The notes below the pieces were generated by a model. It made no database searches, was not told the origin of the DNA, and saw nothing but the letters and a program-made list of their open reading frames with translations. From contig CBFFRQ010000029.1 in NCBI GenBank assembly GCA_965644315.1, forward strand, positions 62,001-126,000: a stretch of DNA of 64,000 nt, in the 5' to 3' direction. The DNA is from Caecitellus pseudoparvulus. Its lineage: Eukaryota; Protista; Bigyra: Bicosoecida. Positions 10,484 through 22,300 of the stretch are shown here, one piece after another. The stretch's first letter is position 1; every line of letters begins with the position of its first letter. The position numbers were made by a program, and so were the translations under genes.

Positions 10484-12436
10484 TCAATACATTCCAGCGT
10501 GCGAACGCACCCGTCGAGGTCCGCGCCCCTGCTTCGTCTGCAGCAGCTGCTCCACTGTGAGGTCCCCCTTGGGCACAGGCTTTGAGACTGCTGCTGCACC
10601 TGCGACTGACAGGCCGATGGCGCGGCGAATCTCAGAGGCTGGGTCGTGCACGGGTTCCGCAGCGGCCCCCGCGCCTGTGCGCCGTGGCGAGGCAGCATCC
10701 TGTCGCCCGCCGCGTGCACGAGGTGAGGAGGCCCCTGTCGCCCAGGGACGCGCGTACTCCCGCTTGGGCGCCACCGTGCGCTGCAAGTGGTCGAATCGGC
10801 GCGCAGCCACTGCCTGTCGAGGTGACCCATGACTCCTCGCGCTGCGCGGGCTGTGGCGGGGTGAGGCGCTGAGGCGAGAGCTGGCTGACGGCGCCAGGGA
10901 GCCCCTCGCCGACTGGCTTCCCCGTGGCACACTCACGGAGGGCCTTGCTGCCCGGGGGCTGGCAGGGAGCCTTGCGGAGCGGAAGCCTGGCGCGACAGGC
11001 TGCCCGCGTCGCGCTGTGCTGCGCGCTCGAGGGCTTTGCCGCCACGGACGACTGTCAGAGCGGGGGCTGCGGCGGGCACGGCCCGCTTCTTGCGCAGCTG
11101 CCCGCGCTTCCAGTCGGGCTTTGTGCGTCGCCCGCATCTCTGCCTGTCGCTGAGCCCTGGGTGACACCGCGGGGCCCCTCCTGGGAGACGCCCGGCCCCA
11201 ACGCGGACTGCCGGCCACCTTGGACCGGGGTGAAGCGCTGGCCACAGAGGCCACAGAGAAGTGGCTTCCAGCGCGTTTGTGCGAAGGCGGGGGTGCTCCT
11301 CTGCGCCAAGGTCGCTGGCGCCCGCGGACGTGGGCCCGGGCTGCGGCGGCTGGGTGTGGCGTGTCTTTCACCCGAGTGCGCAGGCGGCCGTGCGTGGAGG
11401 GGGACTGCAGGCCAACGCTCTGCGTCAAGAAGGTGCCGCCTCCCTGGACCTCCTCTCGGGGCCTTCGAGATGGGTGTGGCGTGTCGTCCTTGCCCCCTCC
11501 GCCCACTTGCACCTTGGCTGGCTGCAGCGCTTGTGGGTTGGTGCCGTCGACAGGAGGGATGCCCGGCCCAGGCACATCGTGGGAGTCAGGGGAGTCGAAC
11601 GAGTCTTCGTCGTAGGTACTGCTTCGGTCGCCAGGTGACGTCATTTTGGTGCCCCACGACCTGCCCCCCAGCGCAGCCACCTGGTCCACTGTGAGACGCC
11701 CGGACATGGACCGCGGCAGGGTCGGCTGCCTGCCGCTTCGCCCATGCCGCAAATGCTGCACCCGTTTCACTGTGCCGCTGGGGTGGATGATAATGTTCCG
11801 ATCATACTTGGCCCGTGCCGCGGCATCGTCGTACACCCGCGTCTTGGCATCGTGCAGTCGCGAATACAGCCGCCGGTTCTCGCGAGCGATGCGCTGCGCC
11901 GCCAAATTCCGCCGACTGCCCCTGTTGCTGCGGATGGGCGTGACATCCACTGACCTGAACGAGATCATGGACCGCTGGCGCCCAACAGAGTCCAAACGCT
12001 TTGCTAGAGCCAGGTTCTCTTCTTCAATGGCATCCAGGCGGCTGGCAGCTGCAGGCAGTGCGAGGTGGGGTGGCGAAGTGCGTGTCGCTGCGAAGGTAAA
12101 AACGCCGGCACACTCACAGAACGTATAATTGCCCGTGTGCGAGCGGGCTGACCGCGTGGACCCCGTGGATACCACTGAGGGAGGGCCCTTCACCTCCCTC
12201 GTCGCACTCTTTCCCTCCTGCTTCGTGAATGTGTACACCTCCATGCCTTCCCAGTCAAGTTGGGGTTGCCCCAGCCTTGATTGAGCCTCCTGCCCGCCTT
12301 GCCTAGCGCCTGTTTCGGGGGAGCCATGCACAGCCGTAGCCTGCAGCTGAACTTGTTTCTCCTTTGCCTGCCTGCCCGACGCCTCCAGTGCCACCAAGCG
12401 CGCCGCAAGCGTTGACACAAAGGCTTGGTTCGCCAT
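10484..12436 (-). CDS. CFAP97/Hemingway-like ciliary protein with long Arg/Ser/Pro-rich tail
   Basis: Removing the in-frame 69-nt GT-AG intron (12117-12049) gives NYTFSASRLDAIEEENLALAKRL followed by QRIARENRRLYSRL, the paired motif pattern of CFAP97-family proteins. ATG at 12436. Confidence 0.65.
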   Translation of the reverse strand: MANQAFVSTLAARLVALEASGRQAKEKQVQLQATAVHGSPETGARQGGQEAQSRLGQPQLDWEGMEVYTFTKQEGKSATREVKGPPSVVSTGSTRSARSHTGNYTFCECAGVFTFAATRTSPPHLALPAAASRLDAIEEENLALAKRLDSVGRQRSMISFRSVDVTPIRSNRGSRRNLAAQRIARENRRLYSRLHDAKTRVYDDAAARAKYDRNIIIHPSGTVKRVQHLRHGRSGRQPTLPRSMSGRLTVDQVAALGGRSWGTKMTSPGDRSSTYDEDSFDSPDSHDVPGPGIPPVDGTNPQALQPAKVQVGGGGKDDTPHPSRRPREEVQGGGTFLTQSVGLQSPSTHGRLRTRVKDTPHPAAAARAHVRGRQRPWRRGAPPPSHKRAGSHFSVASVASASPRSKVAGSPRWGRASPRRGPAVSPRAQRQAEMRATHKARLEARAAAQEAGRARRSPRSDSRPWRQSPRARSTARRGQPVAPGFRSARLPASPRAARPSVSVPRGSQSARGSLAPSASSRLSASPRHSPRSARSHGSPRQAVAARRFDHLQRTVAPKREYARPWATGASSPRARGGRQDAASPRRTGAGAAAEPVHDPASEIRRAIGLSVAGAAAVSKPVPKGDLTVEQLLQTKQGRGPRRVRSHAGMY

Positions 12437-13370
12437 GGCCCAATCACCGCCGCCTGGCAAAGTGCAGGTTCACTGACAAGGCCTTCGGGGCTCGAAGTTG
12501 CGCAAACTGCGTCTGGTGGCTCTGGAAACACCTGCCACGCAAACGTCGATATAGTGGGCCGTCACTTGTTGAGCCCAAGGGAGCGTGAGCTGCAATGTAC
12601 CTGCAGCGAGGGTTTGCTACGCGGTGACCTTGGCCGTGAGCGAAGCTCAGGCCTTGCGCAAGCCAGCCTGGTGCCCGGGCCCTCCACCCAAACAGCTCGG
12701 GTGACCTGCCCAAAGGAAAAGTTGAGCCAAGCGAGGTTCACCTCTGGAGCCCTGTGGGATCGGCCTGCTGGGCCGAAGGAGCTGTCACATAAGATGGCCA
12801 CTGGGAGCGAGCCGGCGCAAACGAAGGGTTGCATGACCAGGCACTCATGCGCTGCCTCATTGAAATCTGTCTAGACTGCTTTGATTTGATGGTGGTTGTC
12901 AGAGGCCCATGCCGGACACGCCCTCCTCGACCCGGCAAGGCCAGCCAAGCCAGAGCCACGCAAGATGAAACGCCACGTCGTCGCGGAATGAAGGCCAGCC
13001 ACGGCGCCGGTCGGAGCTGCGAAACCGGATTGAAAGGGTGTGCAGCGTTCAGCATTTCCCAACGACTCCGCTGCAGCCTCACGAAACACTGGTCCTATGA
13101 AGCCGAACGGGCCAGAGGCGGGTTTGAGTGTGAGCAACTCTGCATACCTCGCATTGTACAGTCGTGCTGCTCGACCAACCGCCTCGAACTGGTCAAAACA
13201 CCACATGTGTACCTGCGTTTTGGTGCACACCTCGACACCCACTTTGCTCACTCCTTCTGCCAGTTCCTGGCAGCACGTTCCAGCTGGCCTTCTCGCTGGA
13301 GCAGGGCGCACTGCCCAGCCGAGCTGCTTTCGTTCTGCAAGCTCATTGTGCGCGGTGGCACCCCTCCACG

Positions 13371-16300
13371 ATGAAGGGCGTCGCAAGCTTTCTTTTCCTC
13401 GTGCTATGTGGGGCGCTGCTGGGCGCAGAAGCGTCTCACTACCGGTACGTAGCCGGCGCAGAGCACGTGCTGAGGCGCAGCCCCAACGCTGCTGGACACG
13501 CTGCTGCTGACAGCGTCGAGCTCTGCACACCCCCGCCCCACCTCACCCGCCGCCAGCTACGGAAACGTCAACTGGGAGCCTAACAACCCGAACAATCTTG
13601 CCGAGCGCTCCGTGAAGTTCTTCGTCAAGCAGGCCTGGTACGTTGTTGGTTCAGCTGCAACTTCCGCACGGGCCGCTGCCGACCAACGCGCGCACACCCC
13701 GTGTCCTTGCCTCCCCGCAGGCGTCTGAGTTTTTTCACCAGGAGCTGCCGCTGTAGGAACTCAGGTGGCAGCTGTGACAACTCCTGCCCCATCGGCGGCA
13801 CCCTGTGCGTTCTGCGCAAGAGGCACTGCAGCTGCTGCCAACTTTTTCACCCTCATACGTTGTACCCCTTCTCACCGCAGGTCGAGTGTTGGGTCCATGT
13901 CCTGGGGAGATGGGTCATCCAGCAGCATCAGTAACTTGGGCATCACCAACCGCTGCGTCGGCGGCGGAGGCGCGTGCGATTGGTTCACGCTGTCAAGGAC
14001 CCTCACCCACACATACAGCGCGCAGAACCGTGGCGGCGGCGCGCCGTGGCAAGTGACTTGGGGCAGTTGCTGCCGCATTGGAGGCATGCAGAACAATGCC
14101 CATGGCTCGTACCGTTTCTTCTCGGACATCAACCTCTCGCCTGTGGGGTCCTGGGTCAACACGTCGCCTGTCGCGTCGCAAGTGCCGATCCAGGAAATCC
14201 AGACTGGCCGGAACAATGTGTGGAGTCTGGGCGCCTCGGACAACGACGTGGACCCCCTCAGCTTCAGCATTGGCTCTGGCGCGGACATGGGTTCGGGCTG
14301 CTCCGGCGCGCCAGGTGGCTTCGCCGTGAACTCCCAGACCGGTGCAGTCTCCTTCAACCCGCCCACTTCCAGCGAGAACGTGTTGTACTCCGCTATGGTC
14401 ATCGTGGGCGATGGTTACTCTCGCATTACCGTGGACTTCATCATGATCACCATCAAGCCCAAGAACATCTGCAAGAGCTGCTCTCCAGGCACCCCCACCC
14501 GGTGCAACATCTGCACGTCCAACGGCCAGTGCTCCGGCGGCTGCCAGTGCCAGATCAACGCCGACCCGACCTTCTACAACGTCCCCGGCTCCCCCTTCCT
14601 GGCACCCACCTTGGGAACCACTGTGTGCTGCCTGGTGGGCCAGGCGTGCAGCTTCCTCATTGGCGTGGAGGACACGGTGGACACCACTTGTGACACCGTC
14701 AGCGTCGTGTCGGGAGACGTGCCCATCGGCGCCACCCCGCCTGTGCTCCACAGGAACGTCGCTGGCACGTGGAGGCGCGAGTACTCCTTCACGTGGACCC
14801 CCTCCGCTGCACAAGCGCGCACGCACCGTGTGTCGTTCGTTGCGCACGACCTCTTCAACGGCCGTGGCGGCCCGCAGTCCATCGAGCTCTTCGTGCCAAC
14901 TGTCTCGCAGTCAGTGCAGCCGACCATCTCAGGCTACAGCCCGCAGACTGCCGATGAGAACACGGCATCCATCTTGACGGTGGACGGCTCAAACTTCAAC
15001 CGAGGCCTGGGCTTGTACTGCCGCTTCCAGCTGGGCGGCAACCCCTTCTTCCTTGTGCGTGCGGTGTACGTGTCCACCTCACGCATCCTGTGCTCCATGC
15101 CCAACAAGGCTTCCCTGGGTGGTGGCTCCAACAACAATGTCAAGGTGTGGGTGTCCAACATTGCCTCGTGCAACCAGTGGACGCCCGTGACGCCCGACTT
15201 CGCCTTTTTCCCGGCTTGCCCTCCTGGCACGGCAGGCCCCACCTGCAGCCAGTGCCCTGCTGGCAAGTACCAGACAGTGGGAGGTGTGGGGACAGGCACA
15301 CAGTGTGTGAACTGCCCAGCAGGCCGATACGGCAACGCGCCAGGGCTAACCATCCCCACCTGCACGGGGCCCTGCATCGCTGGGCATTACTGCCCACCAG
15401 GCAGCACTGCCCCCACTGCCAACGACTGCCCTGCTGGGTACTACGGTGATCGCCCTGAATTGCAGGATGCTGGTTGCTCTGGGCTGTGCCAGGCAGGGTA
15501 TTTCTGCGGCGCTGGCTCTGTCAGTGCCCGGCAAGGTACCTGCCCCCCCGGCCGGTATGGTGGGCCAGGGGAGGTGAACTCAGTCTGTGCCGGGCCCTGC
15601 AACGCTGGGTACTTTTGCACGGGAGCCTCCACCACTGCCACGCAGAACGAGTGCGGAGGCGCAGATGTCTACTGCCAAGAGGGCTCTGGCAGCCCCCTCA
15701 CTGCGCCGGCTGGCACATACACGACGGGCGGCGCCGGGCCCACGACGCGCACCGGCATTCAGACCTGCGAGCCAGGCTACTACTGCGACGGTGGCGTGCG
15801 CAGCGACTGCCCTCCTGGGCGCTACCAGGCAGACCCTGCCGGGTCCAGTGCTGGGTGCCAGGGTCCCTGCCGCTGTGGTTTCAAGTGCCCTGCGCGGTCC
15901 ACGTCGGACTCTGCTGTCCCTTGTGGCGCAGGGTTGGCCTTGCCCGCAACTGTGTACTGTCCGCCGGGGACCAGCATTCCTCAGACCTTTGACACGGACG
16001 ACTTCTACTCCACCCCTGAAGACGCCCCCCCCGATCAGCGGTGTGGCTTCGCTGCTTGCACTGGGGACGAGTTCTGCGTCGACGGCTACCGGCGTCCACG
16101 AGTCGAGTGGACCGAGACCTGCAGCGGCTCTGCGCTCGTTGTGCAGAACAACTACACCGTGTCTGAGAACTCCAATGTGAACTCCTTTGATGTGAGCCTG
16201 AGGTCCAACGAGAACAGTGGGACTGTCTCCATCACCGACGTGACTTTCACGGCACCTCCAGGCTGCCCCAATGCCTCTGCTTGGAGCTACAGCGCTTCTC

Positions 16301-19300
16301 AGAGCGGCAACTCCGCCACTGCCACCCTCTCAGCGACTGGCTACTCCCCCAACCATGAGGTGTGTGATCACTTCAACGCCGTTATCGATGCAAGAACTGG
16401 CCTTGGCGTGGACTTCACCTGCGAGTTGGAGATCTTGGTGGAAGACTTGAATGACTGCCCGGTGTGGGACACGGGGGCCATGACTGCGGACGACTCCCGG
16501 TACCCTGTGCGATTGCTGGAGAATCCGAAGCTGGGAACTGGCCTTGCCATGCAGCTGGCCGCCGAAGGCATCGTCACCGACGAGGACGAGGGCTCTGAAC
16601 TGGATTTCAGCATTGTCACCGTGACGCCTTCGGACGTCACGCCAGGCGCGCCCTCAGGACTGTTCGCCATCGGTCGCTGCTCTGGCCAGCTGTGGATCAA
16701 CACCACCATTCCCGGCGACGTGGACTGGGAGCTTGGGCAGCGAGAGTGGACGATCCGAGTGCAAGTGAACGACACCGCTCAGGAGAACCCCTGTGCTATC
16801 CAGGAGGACATGCAAGTGCGCGTGGTGAACATCAACGAGGCGCCATACTTCTCTGCAGCCGGTAGCACCTTCACTGTGCCTGAGAATTCGCCGCTGGGCA
16901 CGCTCACCAGCCCCTCAAACCCCTCCGTGGTAGATCCTGATGCGACGTTCAACCCGCCTTCGCCGCCCGACACGCAGCCTGACCCGCTCTGGTACAAGAC
17001 GTCGTTTGACATCGTGGCTCAGTCGGATGCCCTTTTCAGCATTAACGTCACCTCGGGAGACATCTCTGTTGGCGTGACGAGCTTGAACTTTGAGGCACTT
17101 GGCACCCCCAGCGTCACTGCAACCCTGGCTGTGCGAGACAGCGGCAGCCCACCTCTCAACTCCCAGGACGATTTCACCCTGCAGGTGCAGGATATCAATG
17201 ACCCCCCTCGGGTGCCTGCCACCCAGCTCTTTGTGCCAGAACTGTCTGTCCCTGGCACTGTCGTCGGGCAGGTCACGGCTGCAGATGACGAGTACATGTT
17301 CAATGCCAGCTCCACCACCATTTCTTGGACCGTGCAGGTGGAGCAGTTTGGCGTGTGTCCCGCGGGGTCACCCCAGAGCTTCTCCAATCCGTTCATCATC
17401 GTGCCCACGACGAACCCCTCCTTCGACCCTCGGGTTACGGCAGACATCATTGTGAACGGCACCCTCGACTTCGAGAGCCTGGCCCTGTACACGCTGCGCG
17501 TGCAGGCGACGGACAACGGCCACCTCGGCTTCCCACCTGAGTCTGGTGTTGGGTTTGTCACCGTGAACATCACGAACGTGAACGAGCCACCCATGTACGA
17601 TGGCCCAACCACCCTCTACACAGATGAGGAGCGCATCACTCCTGCCCAAATCAGCGCCTGGGGCCTGGCCCTGAATGCTTCTGACCCTGACGTGGGCCCT
17701 GGACTGGGGTGCGCACTGGGGCCCCGCCAGCAAGACCCGCTCTCCTTCTCCTTTGTCTCAGGCTCTGATGACGACATTGGCATCAACCTTGCCACGGGGG
17801 TGGTCAGTGCCGTCGCCCGCTTGAACTACGAGTCCAAGAACGTGTACACCATCGTCACTCGCCTCGCCGACCCCAGCACCTTCATCACATTCACTCTCAC
17901 GGTCAACGTGCTGAACGTAAACGAGCCTCCCACGATGCCGTCTGGTCAGGTGGTGTACATGGACGAAGACGTGGGCCCTGGCGTCTTCGCCTCGGCCACC
18001 GCGGCACTGCTCACCCCAGGCCTGCTCGTCGCCGACGACCCTGACTTTGACGACAACACCACCACCTTGCACTACGCCATGCAGGCAGATGGTGCAGGCT
18101 CGGACAAGATGCACGTCCAGGTTCGCTCCCTGGTCACCAACCCAGGTACAGTGTCAGCTTGGCAGCATGCCACCTTCAACTTCGAGGCGACGCCCACCTT
18201 GGGCATGGACATCACTGTCACGGACCGGCACGGCGCCACTGTGAACGGCTCAGTCACGCTTATGCTGCAGAACATCCCAGAACCACCGTTCTTGAGCGAC
18301 TCCTTCGTTGGCCTCGCAGAGCTGTCGCCCTCAGGGACCTCCGTCCTCTCGTTAACTGTGGAGGACGACGACTTCGGCGACTCAGTCACCTACAACATTT
18401 CTTCTGTGTCCAGCAATGGCAGCATTAGCTGTGCAACACTCTTCCCGCCTGGCACAGACATCGTTGGAGATACTCTCGTCACGGCCGACACAGCCCCCGC
18501 CAAACTGGTTGCTGTCCAGGAGTGCTACGTGACGATCATTGCCAAGGACTCCACCAACCTCACAGATGCGGCTGTCATCACTGTGCGCCTGACTCCCCAG
18601 AACCTCGCGCCGACCATTGACCCCATTCAGTCATTCACTGTCCCCGAGTCGGCCATCGTCGGCACCATCATTGTGGGCAACCTCACGGGGAAAGACGCCA
18701 ACGTGCTCCAGAGCCTCTCCTACGTCCTCGTCTCTGCTGTGGACAAGAACGGGGCCAACGCACTGAGCAAGTTTGCTGTCGCAGGCCCGACGCTGTGTGC
18801 GCCTCCCCCTGGCCAGCAGTGCCCCGGCAAGCTCCAGCTCCTGAGCAAGCTTGACTTCGAGACGATGGACGAGTACACACTGGAAGTGCAGGTTGCGGAC
18901 GACGACGTTCCTTCCGCGAATGCCCGGTCAACCATCACACTGACTGTGCAGGACGTAAACGAAGCCCCCGTGCAGACGAGCGCAGGAACCATCTTCCTCA
19001 TCCCTGAGGACACGACCGACGGTGGCGTCCCCGACCCCGCGCCAACGTATGCCGTGGCAACTGATGACGATGGCAATACTTTGACGTGGAGCAGCACAAG
19101 CCTGCCAAGCATCTTGTCTGGCGTCGTCACCGTGCAAGACGGTGGTCCCAGTGGCGCACATGGTCTGATCACGGTGTCAAACCCTGACCCAGCCGTCATT
19201 TCGGCGGCCCTGAACTTCGAGGCCAACACGCAGCCCCTCGGGTTCAACTTGACTGTCACTGACGATGGTGCGGGATTCTTGTCCAGGCAGGCTTTCTATG

Positions 19301-22300
19301 GCATCCAGCTGGTGGATGTGAACGAGCCTCCCTCCGCGACATGGTCCCCGGCTGCCTTGACCGTAGTGGAGGGGCAAGACCGCATCGGCGACGTCCTGGC
19401 GTCTGTCTTTGGCACCGACCCTGACATCTGGTCCACTAACGGCTGGCGTGTCCTTACGTACTCCATTCAGTCTGGGAACACTGACAACACCTTCGAGGCC
19501 ACCACCAATGCGCAGGCACAAATGGGCGAGATCCGCGTGCAGCACATTGTGGACTACGAGAAGGCCACTTCCTTTTCTCTGGGTGTGCGGGTGACAGACG
19601 GCGGTGGGCTGTTCTACGACTTCACCCTGCCTGTGACGGTTGTGAACGTGAATGATGTGAGCATCTCCAATGTCACGGGGCCTTGGACCACCATGAACAC
19701 GCAGGGTGGTGAGATACTGAACTTGTGGGGCACCAACCTGGGACACTACCACGACATGAGCGCTGCCACCATCACCCTGCGCGCTGACGCGACTATCAGC
19801 CGGGGTGACCAGCAGACCTTCCTGAGGAGGAACGTCTTCCCTTGCACCCAGATCACAACCAACACGCACATCCAGTGCACCACGCAGGCGGGCGTCGGCT
19901 CAGACTTGCGATGGAAGCTGTACGTTGAGCACCCAGACGGCGCCATTGACATTGCGCCTGTGACCGTCAACAATGGCCAGCAGCTGCTGGGCTCATACGG
20001 CGTGCCAGTCATCACAGGCATCTCGGGAGCTCATGTTGGCATGAACACCGAAGGTGGCAACAGCGTCTCGTTCACAGGCATCAACTTCCCACCTGCCAGC
20101 CTCAGCAACACCTCTGGTTTCGCTTACTGGCGGGTGACTTACGGACAGGCAGGGGCATCATACACCGCTTCGAATGACGCGTCCACTCCGACGTCAGCAT
20201 CTGTGACCTCTGGGCCCGGTGTCGGCTCGGGGCTCGGATGGGTTATCAACGTCGGAGGCCTGCAGTCTGTGCCATTCTTTGCGCCTGGCACTGCCAGCAG
20301 CTATGCTGCGCCGACCATCACCTCGGTTCGCTTGGCAGTGCAGGGGGTGGACATTTCGGGCCTGCCTGGGGCCGTTGACCGCACCATTATGAACGGGGCT
20401 GGCATGGAGACTGTGGTCATCAAGGGCACGAACCTTGGCACGGAGAGCACGCGTGCCGTGGACGCCGGTTTCAAAGTCGTGTACGCGCGCCTCCTAAACT
20501 CTGTGACCATTAATGGCACCACCAGCGTGCTGCCGTCCCAGTACCGAGGCGGGCGCGGCTCTGGCATCGCCGCTGGGCCCCTCGTCGTGCCAGCGCAGTA
20601 CGCCGTGAACTGGGAACGCCTGTACACGTACACGGCCACTGGCTGCTCAGTCATCATTCCCCACGAGGAGCTGCACTGCACGTCAGCTGTGGGCGCTGGT
20701 GATGGCCTGGTGTGGCGCGTCACAGTGGGTGGCCAGGAGTCTGCCATCGTCGCCGGCTCAAGCGTGTCCCTGCACTACCACCCGCCCATCATCTCGAATT
20801 TGGGCGGCGAGAATGCGTTCAACTCCCCAACCCAGGGGGGTGGCGCCATTGACATCCAGGGCCTGCACCTGGGGGCACCAGGGGATTTGCGTGTGCTTGC
20901 CACATACGGCCGCCAGCATGAAGTAACTCGCTTCCAGGCTGTCGCGTGCACGACAGAGAGTGACAAGTCCATCCGCTGCTACACGGCGCCTGGTACAGGA
21001 AGCCAGTTCTACTGGACCCTTGCTGTGGCGGGGCAAGCATCTCTCTCCAATGACTTCCCCGCCATGACTAGCTACGGACTCCCTGTGGTGTCCGAGTACA
21101 CTGGCCCTGGTGCCAAGGATGCCAACACCACCGGTGGCCAGGTTGTGATCCTGAAGGGGCGCAACTTTGGTCCGATTGGGCCTCATAACATCGACATGGC
21201 CCGCTACTACAATGGCCGGTCCATGGTGAAGTTCAGGGAGGCCGAGGCTGCCGGCTCGACGTCTGACTTCGCCCCCCCTGTCTTTGTGGTCACGAGCGAC
21301 TGCAACGTCACGGTGGCCCACACTCAGGTGCAGTGCACTCTGGCACCTGGTGCTGGTGAGGGCCTCAAGTGGGACCTCGTCATTGACGGCCTGTTGTCCT
21401 CTGAGCTGTCCACAGCCTACCGGCCCCCCAGCATCATCAGTCTGTCGGGGGAGGGTGCGTCACCCGCCAACTCTGCTGGAGGCGAGATTGTGCACCTGGA
21501 CGGTGCTGACTTTGGGCCGCCCCTGTCATACTTGCAGTCTGTGCTCGGTGTCCAGACGCCTTACCTCGAGTGGGTGCGGTACACGCCCTACACAACTCTT
21601 TCCGTAGGGTACTACGAGGCCCAGGACTGTGCTGTTGTGAACCACACCCGCATCACCTGTCGAACCCTCCCTGGGTCAGGCCTGAACATGCACTGGTTCG
21701 CAAGGGTTCGCGGGCAGACCAGCCTGCCCTCGGTTGCTACGTGGAGCTACGACAGCCCCACCATTGACGCCCTTGAGGCAGGGGTGCGCTTCGTTGGGCA
21801 AGGTGCGGCGGCACAGCTCATCGTGCTGCCTCGCGGGCAGTGGGGCACACCTCCCCGCATGTGGACCAACGACGACGGCGAGCTCATCCGCATTGTTGGG
21901 CGTGGCTTTGGCGTGCGAGACCCGCAGACCAACCTGACTGTGGTGGCAGGCGGGCGCGACCTGCCTGTGTTGGAGTCTTGGTATGACGCCCAACGTGAGA
22001 AGGAGGTCATTCTCTTCCGCAAGCCTGCCGGGTGGGGGTCTTCACAAACGCTGCATGTGCGCATTTCCAACTTGGAGCCAGTGCCCCGCATGTCTACGTC
22101 GGTGCCCTTCGACTACAAGCCGCCAGTGCGCACTGCCCAGCCCCGTGACGAGTTTGCAGACTTGTCCACGACGCTGATGAACATCACCATCCTGGGATCG
22201 GGCTTCTGCACCCCCTTGACCGGGCCAGGCCCCACGGTGGGCGCAGGGGACCCCGTGCCACCACCCACGCCCTTCTCCGTGAACGGCCCCCAAGACAACT

